A stretch of DNA of 64,000 bases from Opitutales bacterium (GTDB lineage Bacteria; Verrucomicrobiota; Verrucomicrobiia; Opitutales; UBA9783), in the NCBI GenBank assembly GCA_017958565.1, contig JAGDCJ010000016.1, positions 94 through 64,093 on the forward strand, written 5' to 3'. Each line of letters opens with the position of its first letter. The stretch's first letter is position 1. The notes beneath the pieces are model-generated. The model saw only the letters and a program-made list of their open reading frames with translations, had not been told where the DNA came from and searched no databases. Both the position numbers and the translations under genes were made by a program. Positions 47,691-54,404 of this stretch are shown here, piece by piece.

Positions 47691-49787
47691 TTAAGAGTCA
47701 AGGCTTTTCGAAGTTTTTCTGAAAATTTGTTTCCCTTCGTATTCAAAAATGAGGGTAGAAAGTGGAGGTAGGTACAAATCGAGACGATACGGTTGTTGGT
47801 CGCAAGGCTCCGGGCATGCAAATACTGTTTTATTACCGCGATTGCTTCCGCCATAAGAAGCGGCATCGGTGTTTAAAATTTCACGCCAAGTGCCGCCAAA
47901 TGGGACTCCACAAGGATAATGCGAACGTTCAACCGGTGTAAAGTTGGCAATAAAAAGAAGAGGTGGCGTTGAAGGTACAGAGGGAAAAGATTTTGTTTTC
48001 GAAGACGTTTTGCCGGTATGAGTTATGGAAGGAGAGGGCGCAGTTGTTCCCCAGAGTTTGTGTTCTTGTGCTTTTTGTCGAATAAACGAAAAAACGCTGC
48101 AAGCAGCATCGTTCGGATTGATCCAATAAAATCCTTGCGGAACCATATCCGAAGCGTACCAAGCTGGGTGTGTGCGATACAAGCGATTGAGATCGGCAAT
48201 TAGTCGCTGGATGCCAGCATGTTCCGGTTTTTGTAATAAAAACCAATCGAGTGCTTTTTGGTAGTTCCATTCATCCCATGGTGCCCATTCATTTCCCATG
48301 AACAACGTTTTTTTCCCGGGCCATCCCCACATCCATCCGTACAACGCGCGTAAGGTGCTGAATTTATCGGAAGCATACCACGAGCCCATTTTACGAAGCA
48401 GCGAACCTTTCCCATACACGACTTCATCGTGAGAAAACACTTGGATAAAATGTTCCGCATACTGATATATTCTTCCAAAGGTCATTTGTTGGTGATGATG
48501 AGAGCGTGCGAGTGGGTCCTGTTGGCAATAAGACAAGGTGTCATGCATCCATCCCATATTCCATTTGAAATCGAACCCTAGGCCGTTGTATTCGGTTGGT
48601 TGAGAAATGCGATCAAAGGAAGAAGATTCTTCCGCGATCGTGATAACGCCAGGGTAGTAATGATGAATCAGGTCGTTGGTGGTTCGTAAGAACGCAATTG
48701 CTTCTAAATTTTCTTTTCCGCCATACACATTGGGAAGCCATTCTCCATCGTTTTTGGAAAAATTGAGGTACAACATGGAAGAAACCGCGTCCATTCGTAA
48801 CCCATCTACATGAAACAAATCGATCCAAAACAAGGCATTGCTGAGCAGAAAATTGCGAACTTCATGGCGTCCGTAATTAAATAGCAATGTTCCCCAATCG
48901 GGTTGTTCTCCTTGCCGTGGATCGGCATGTTCATAAAGCGCGGTCCCATCCCATCGCGATAATCCAAATTCGTCTTTGGGGAAATGCCCCGGTACCCAGT
49001 CGAGAATTACGCCGATATGCGCTTGATGGAGGGTGTCGATAAGAAATTGCAGGTCTTGCGGAGAACCGTACCGCGATGTTGGTGCAAAAAACCCGGTGAC
49101 TTGATAGCCCCAGGAATCGGCGAGAGGATATTCTGCAAGCGGCATAAATTCCACGTGCGTAAATCCGGTTGCTTGAAGATACGGAACCAATTCTGTCGCT
49201 AGCGCGCGATACGAGAGAGGTTGATTGTGTGCATCGCGTTTCCAAGAACCCAAGTGCATTTCATAGATCGACAGCGGTTGTTCATAATGCTTTTGCTTCG
49301 AACGTTGCGCGATCCAATCGGAATCGTGCCAAGAATATTCCAATAAAGAAGGACAAAGGATCGAAGCATGCCCTTGGTTATATTCGCCGGCGTTTGCATA
49401 CGGATCCGCTTTAAGGATTTCTTTCCCTTGTGCATTTCGTACGGCATATTTGTAAGAATGACCTGTCGAGAGATTGGGAATAAAGGTTTCCCAAATGCCA
49501 GATTGTTGGACCCGATGCAATGGGTGTGCGCTTGCATCCCAATGGTTGAAAGAGCCGACAACCGATATTCGTTGTGCATTGGGGGCCCAAACTGCAAAAT
49601 GATACCCAGATTGATAGCCGATGGTTTGTGGATGCGCGCCGAGTTTTTTATAAATCCGGTGATGATTCCCTTGCCGAAATAAATACAAATCTTTTTCGGT
49701 AAAAATCGAAGAAGCGTTTTCGCATTCTGTGGAGTGATTCCCCAAACCTTTTTTGAGCAAGATCGATGTAGTTGCCGATGGCGTCAT
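47691..49787 (-). CDS. glgB: 1,4-alpha-glucan branching enzyme
   Basis: 698 aa. GH13 motifs are present: GVILDWVPGHF, DGLRMDAV, TIAEES and FSHDEVV. Confidence 0.9.
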   Translation of the reverse strand: MTPSATTSILLKKGLGNHSTECENASSIFTEKDLYLFRQGNHHRIYKKLGAHPQTIGYQSGYHFAVWAPNAQRISVVGSFNHWDASAHPLHRVQQSGIWETFIPNLSTGHSYKYAVRNAQGKEILKADPYANAGEYNQGHASILCPSLLEYSWHDSDWIAQRSKQKHYEQPLSIYEMHLGSWKRDAHNQPLSYRALATELVPYLQATGFTHVEFMPLAEYPLADSWGYQVTGFFAPTSRYGSPQDLQFLIDTLHQAHIGVILDWVPGHFPKDEFGLSRWDGTALYEHADPRQGEQPDWGTLLFNYGRHEVRNFLLSNALFWIDLFHVDGLRMDAVSSMLYLNFSKNDGEWLPNVYGGKENLEAIAFLRTTNDLIHHYYPGVITIAEESSSFDRISQPTEYNGLGFDFKWNMGWMHDTLSYCQQDPLARSHHHQQMTFGRIYQYAEHFIQVFSHDEVVYGKGSLLRKMGSWYASDKFSTLRALYGWMWGWPGKKTLFMGNEWAPWDEWNYQKALDWFLLQKPEHAGIQRLIADLNRLYRTHPAWYASDMVPQGFYWINPNDAACSVFSFIRQKAQEHKLWGTTAPSPSITHTGKTSSKTKSFPSVPSTPPLLFIANFTPVERSHYPCGVPFGGTWREILNTDAASYGGSNRGNKTVFACPEPCDQQPYRLDLYLPPLSTLIFEYEGKQIFRKTSKSLDS

Positions 49788-49880
49788 TACGCCTTTAGTA
49801 TGACAAATGAATGGTCATTCGTCAAAAGCTTTCCAGCATTTTGTGGAACAATCGTGTTTGTTTAGAAGCGAAGATGTGGA

Positions 49881-50447
49881 TTAAAATCGATTTTCGTTTC
49901 CTTGCCACAAGCGAACCAAATTGGCGCGGTGGCGAAACAATACCCACAGGCTCAGGAGGAATAAGGGTAACGCGTGAAAGCGTGCTGCTGAAATTCCTTC
50001 GTAAAGGCAACAAAACGGAAGGAGGGAAAAAGCGAAACCAATCGAAGCGCAAGAAACGTATCGCGAAGTTTTGAAAATCAGGAGCCAAACCACGAGTCCC
50101 GATAATAAAGGAAGTGGAATCAATACCAACAATCCACCGATGAGACTAGCGACCCCCTTCCCTCCTTTAAAATGAAGGAAGCAAGAATAGCTATGCCCAA
50201 GCAGCGTTCCAGCCAATGCAACATAAGGGCTTTGCCATTGGAGGCCCAGAAAAACCGCAAGGGTGCCTTTTAATGCATCGAGAACAAACACGGTGTATCC
50301 AGCACCTTTCCCGACGGTTCGTAGCACGTTCGTAGCGCCGGGGCTCCCACTTCCCACTTGAAAAATGCAAACGCCATGCATGTTAGCGATCCATACACCA
50401 AACGGTAACGCTCCGAGCAAATATCCGAGTAAAAAAGAACCGAGCAT
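49881..50447 (-). CDS. plsY: glycerol-3-phosphate acyltransferase PlsY
   Basis: 188 aa. GYLLGALPFG...GSGSPGATNVLR...HFKGGKGVA are PlsY signatures. Confidence 0.85.
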   Translation of the reverse strand: MLGSFLLGYLLGALPFGVWIANMHGVCIFQVGSGSPGATNVLRTVGKGAGYTVFVLDALKGTLAVFLGLQWQSPYVALAGTLLGHSYSCFLHFKGGKGVASLIGGLLVLIPLPLLSGLVVWLLIFKTSRYVSCASIGFAFSLLPFCCLYEGISAARFHALPLFLLSLWVLFRHRANLVRLWQGNENRF

Positions 50448-50452
50448 CTCTT

Positions 50453-51433
50453 TTAGTGTAGCGAAAACTTTTCTTTTGTCGAACCCAATCGTCTATTTTC
50501 AGCGGTTGCAAGGAATGTTCGGTTCCCGCGTAAAAATTCGGCAGAAGATATTGGTTTCTTTCCTGCTTTTTGAATACGGTCAATGACCAAAATGCCTTTC
50601 CCTGTACCAACTTGCAGGGTTTTCTGATGAGGATCGGTAAAAAACATCCCAGGCGTGAGAGAACGATCGATCATGTCTAAGACATGGGCTTGTAAGACCA
50701 AAAGCCGTTCATTTTTTTGGAAAAAATAAGCGCCAGGCCATGGTTGGAACGCACGAATGCGTCGTTCTAACTCGATAGCTGGTTGGGAAAAATCCAAACG
50801 GCCATCCATTTTGGTAATTTTTTTACAAAAGGTTGCTTGGGATTCTTCTTGCGGAATCAGGGTGTAGGAGCGAGAGAGGAGGCGAGGCAAGGATGTTTGT
50901 AAACATTCTGCGCTTGCTTGAGCCAATGTTTGCGTGAGTGTAAGAGTCGTATCGGTAGGAGCAATGGGTACTGTTTTCTGCATCAACCATGGACCTGCAT
51001 CCAATGCTTCTGTCATCGACATCAAGGTGACGCCAGTTTCACGATCTCCTTGCAAAAGAGCTGTTTGGATGGGAGAAGCACCGCGATACTTTGGCAATAA
51101 GGAGGTATGAAGATTCCACATTCCCAATGGCGGAATCGTTAAGAAGCGTTGGGGGAGCCGATGGCCAAACGAAAAGACGATACCCAGGGAAGGTTGTACG
51201 CTTTGCAGCCAATGAAAAGCAGCATCATCCAAGGTTTCAGCAGGATAAAAAGGAATTTGGTGTTCTTGTGCCCAAAGCGCTATTGGATTGGCGGTTTGCA
51301 TATGCCCACGACCTTTTGCACGTGCGGGTTGTGTGAGAATGCCGCACAAGGTGATGGTCGGTTCGTGTTGCAAAAATTCTAAGCACGGAAGCGAAATTTC
51401 GGAGGTGGAAAAAAACACCACGCGTGGGTTCAT
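50453..51433 (-). CDS. fmt: methionyl-tRNA formyltransferase
   Basis: I trimmed the start to ATG 51433 (MNPRVVFFSTSEISLPCLEFL). The catalytic region is NLHTSLLPKYRGASPIQ. The upstream part of the 436-aa ORF overlaps kdsA. Confidence 0.85.
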   Translation of the reverse strand: MNPRVVFFSTSEISLPCLEFLQHEPTITLCGILTQPARAKGRGHMQTANPIALWAQEHQIPFYPAETLDDAAFHWLQSVQPSLGIVFSFGHRLPQRFLTIPPLGMWNLHTSLLPKYRGASPIQTALLQGDRETGVTLMSMTEALDAGPWLMQKTVPIAPTDTTLTLTQTLAQASAECLQTSLPRLLSRSYTLIPQEESQATFCKKITKMDGRLDFSQPAIELERRIRAFQPWPGAYFFQKNERLLVLQAHVLDMIDRSLTPGMFFTDPHQKTLQVGTGKGILVIDRIQKAGKKPISSAEFLRGNRTFLATAENRRLGSTKEKFSLH

Positions 51434-51506
51434 GGAATGAGTCGATGAAAATTGCGTAAAAACTGCCCGTTTCGAATCCGTCGAATCCGCCCAAATTGGA
51501 TTTTCT

Positions 51507-52331
51507 TCATGCGGATAAAGAGGTTTTTTCTTGCATACATTCCCAAACGGCCAAGCATTGCTTGAGGATCGAAGACAGTTGCTCAAGCGGTACTTGTGTG
51601 GCTTGATCCGACCAAGCCTTTTCGGGATGCGGGTGCGTTTCCATAAAAAGCCCTTGAGCACCGGCGGCCAGTGCAGCTTGTGCGAGTGGTAAAAGAAATT
51701 GTCGATCGCCGCCGGTCGTTTTTTCTCCTTTCCCGCTGTGCTGTAGGCTGTGCGTTGCATCAAAAATGACTGGACAGTGCGTTTGCTTTAAAATGGGAAA
51801 TGAACGCATATCCACCACTAAATTCCCATAACCAAAGCAGGTTCCTCGCTCCAATAACCAAATTTCTTTTGCATGAAAATAGCGCAGTTTTTCCACAATA
51901 AACGAAACATCCCACGGGGACAAAAACTGCCCTTTTTTCACGCTAACTACACGTTGGGTTGCAGCGGCAGCAGCTAGCAAATCCGTTTGCCGGCATAAGA
52001 AGGCGGGAATTTGAAGGATGTCGCACACCTTTGCAGCAAGAGCTGCTTGTTCGGGAAGATGAATGTCGGTGGTAGTTTTTAACCCATAGGTTTGGTGGAG
52101 GTTGGACAAAATTTCCAACCCGGCTGAGAGTCCCAGTCCGCGTGGGCTATGGACATCAGTCCGGTTCGCCTTGTCGAAAGAGCCTTTAAAAACAATCTCG
52201 AGTTTAGAAGCATACCGCTGTTGCAAATCCGCTAACACATCGGCAATGGTTTGGCAAACGGATGCACTTTCGATCGTGCAAGGGCCAGCGATGAGCAAGA
52301 ATTTGTTGGAGGGGAAAAGAGAGGAAGGCAT
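51507..52331 (-). CDS. kdsA: 2-dehydro-3-deoxyphosphooctonate (KDO-8-P) aldolase
   Basis: 274 aa. FLLIAGPCTIES, FKGSFDKANR and VIFDATHSLQ are KdsA signatures. Confidence 0.9.
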   Translation of the reverse strand: MPSSLFPSNKFLLIAGPCTIESASVCQTIADVLADLQQRYASKLEIVFKGSFDKANRTDVHSPRGLGLSAGLEILSNLHQTYGLKTTTDIHLPEQAALAAKVCDILQIPAFLCRQTDLLAAAAATQRVVSVKKGQFLSPWDVSFIVEKLRYFHAKEIWLLERGTCFGYGNLVVDMRSFPILKQTHCPVIFDATHSLQHSGKGEKTTGGDRQFLLPLAQAALAAGAQGLFMETHPHPEKAWSDQATQVPLEQLSSILKQCLAVWECMQEKTSLSA

Positions 52332-52403
52332 GCTTTTACAGTAAAACCTTTCATTGCTTTTTCAAGGGAAAAAGCGGGCAAGAAGGAGAAAGAAGAGCCG
52401 TCG

Positions 52404-53228
52404 CTATTTTTTCGTACAAACCGCAAACGTTCGACCTCGATCGCCGCTGGTTTTGCTCTGTAAACGAAATCGTTTGGTAACCTGAAAGTATGTTTGAAGA
52501 ATTTGGAACACTTTTTCGAGTTGGTCTTCCGATTCATAGCCAGGGAAATGCGATTCAAATAGCAATAAACCGTGATCGGCGCAATAAGCAGCGCATTTTT
52601 GAAAATATTCTTCTAATGTGTGTTGCGTATTGTGATCGTAGGTCGAATGATTGGCAAAAGAAAGAATGACTTCATACGTTGCCTTTTCTTGAACCTCTTC
52701 AAATCGTCCGGTAAACAGGCGAACATTGGTGTAGCCAAAATATTTTGCAACAGCGTTTCCGATTTGGATGCAATAGGGATTGATGTCAAAGCCCGTAATC
52801 GAGGAACAAATCGGAGCGAGTGAACAAGCCAGAAATCCGGTATTGGTACCGATATCGAAAACCATTTTCCCCGAAACGTACGATCGGAGTTGCATTTCAG
52901 CGATGCGTGTTTCAGTATTGCGGAGTCCACGGAGGTGAGCTGGCGGAAAGGATTGGTATAGATAACCTTTCCCATAATCATAAGAAGAGTAATGTTGCGC
53001 CTGCTCTTCTAAAATTTTTGCAATTTCATAATGCAGGGGTAATTGTTTTCGGATTTGGAAATAGTCGCACAGACGATTTAAAATGGAAGATCGCTTTTCT
53101 TCGTCTTTTTCTCGGTAAAACATTCGGAGAAAGATCGATAAAGCTTTGATAGGTTGCCATTTTCGATAAAGAAGGTCGGCTAATCCTTGGGCCTTCTGGG
53201 TTGCTCTGGGTTGCTCTGGGTTGCTCAT
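52404..53228 (-). CDS. class I SAM-dependent methyltransferase
   Basis: 274 aa. SAM motif I is VFDIGTNTGFLACSLA, and the post-I acidic residue is in ITGFDINP. The 5' end carries the 10-bp x3 tandem repeat listed below. Confidence 0.7.
   Translation of the reverse strand: MSNPEQPRATQKAQGLADLLYRKWQPIKALSIFLRMFYREKDEEKRSSILNRLCDYFQIRKQLPLHYEIAKILEEQAQHYSSYDYGKGYLYQSFPPAHLRGLRNTETRIAEMQLRSYVSGKMVFDIGTNTGFLACSLAPICSSITGFDINPYCIQIGNAVAKYFGYTNVRLFTGRFEEVQEKATYEVILSFANHSTYDHNTQHTLEEYFQKCAAYCADHGLLLFESHFPGYESEDQLEKVFQILQTYFQVTKRFRLQSKTSGDRGRTFAVCTKK
53195..53226. repeat. perfect 10-bp tandem repeat x3 (coding-strand unit GAGCAACCCA) plus 2 extra bases, starting at the last base of the methyltransferase start codon
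   Basis: The + strand reads tctgggttgc tctgggttgc tctgggttgc tc at 53195-53226, followed by 'at'. The - strand reads ATGAGCAACCCAGAGCAACCCAGAGCAACCCAGAAGG. The unit length is not a multiple of 3. Confidence 0.9.
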
Positions 53229-53261
53229 TTTATGAAAAAAATGTTTGGTTCAAACAAAAAG

Positions 53262-54404
53262 TCAAGCTTGGAATCGATGCAATAGGTAATTCGCTCCTTC
53301 TTGTGCTGCGTGATGAGGATGAAACACTTGCTGGATGTACAAATGGTGCAATGTATGTTTCCATTCGGAAGCATGCTGGAGTAGGTTTTCAACGATCGGC
53401 ACGATCTGTGGTAATTGATCTAAAGGCACGGCAACCCCCAATTGGTTTCGTAGTTGCAATTCAATGGGTTCGAGGTTGAGTGCGCGCCAATTCTGATTGT
53501 GTTCTTTGTACGGCGTATCGATGAACAATACCGGACGTTGCGTGCCGAAGGCGTATTCGAAAGCAATTCCCGAACGATCGGTCACGAGCAAGTCTGCTTC
53601 ATATAAGTTTTCTTCGGATAGAAGCGTATCTTCCCAAAAAAAGTTTGGAATGGCTTGTACGTGTGCTTTTAACGATTGGGCAGAACCGGCGCATCGTTTG
53701 AGAAATTCGGGATGGGGACGAACAATCACACGGTAAGGAGTTGTTTGGAGAGCTTCTAAAAGGGCGTCGATGCCGTTTACAAATAAGCTAGCGATGCTCC
53801 AAGTGGGGGCAATGAGTACAGTGGTTTGTCCCGGATATTTTTTCGTATAACGTTGATAGTTGCTTTCAATCCGTTCAATGCGCGGGTACCCGATGGATAG
53901 CAATCGTTTTTTGGGCAAAGAAAATTGTTGTTCACGTTTTTGAATTTCTTGGATATGGTGAGGACCGACACAAAAGATGGTATCGTAGGCATCAAAAGCG
54001 CGCTCGTTGTATTGCAAATGCGTGCTGGAGAACGAATGGAATAGGTAGACGTATTCGCGCGTTTTATTATTTTTTCTTACGTATAAGGTGTTTAAATCGG
54101 GCATTGTCATGACCAAACACGTTGCGTCGATGTGATCAAAGATCGATTTGATGAAAGCATTGAAGTAAAAGGGATAAACGCGTTCAGGATGGTTCGTTAA
54201 TATTGGGTCTTTGGGATCGCGGGTGAGATAACTACAGGTAAAATTTGGATCGCGAAGCAATTCGGTTAAAAAGGGCTCGAAGGTTTGATAATAAATATCT
54301 TTTTCGGAAAAAAAGGTAATGCGACGGTGAGGTGCGTGATTTTTCTGAAAAAAACGATTGAAAGAAGAAATTTCTCTTAACAGACTGGTAACATGCTTCC
54401 ACAT
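53262..54404 (-). CDS. TagF-like CDP-alcohol phosphotransferase family protein (CDP-glycerol glycerophosphotransferase fold)
   Basis: The pattern VLIAPTWS...VIVRPHPE...LYEADLLVTDRSGIAFEYAFGTQRPVLFIDTPY matches the Glyphos_transf motif (LYAPTWR...HP...aDiLITDYSS..fDf...kPiifF). The start is ATG 54404 or TTG 54413. Either one overlaps the 5' end of the divergent gene. Confidence 0.6.
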   Translation of the reverse strand: MWKHVTSLLREISSFNRFFQKNHAPHRRITFFSEKDIYYQTFEPFLTELLRDPNFTCSYLTRDPKDPILTNHPERVYPFYFNAFIKSIFDHIDATCLVMTMPDLNTLYVRKNNKTREYVYLFHSFSSTHLQYNERAFDAYDTIFCVGPHHIQEIQKREQQFSLPKKRLLSIGYPRIERIESNYQRYTKKYPGQTTVLIAPTWSIASLFVNGIDALLEALQTTPYRVIVRPHPEFLKRCAGSAQSLKAHVQAIPNFFWEDTLLSEENLYEADLLVTDRSGIAFEYAFGTQRPVLFIDTPYKEHNQNWRALNLEPIELQLRNQLGVAVPLDQLPQIVPIVENLLQHASEWKHTLHHLYIQQVFHPHHAAQEGANYLLHRFQA

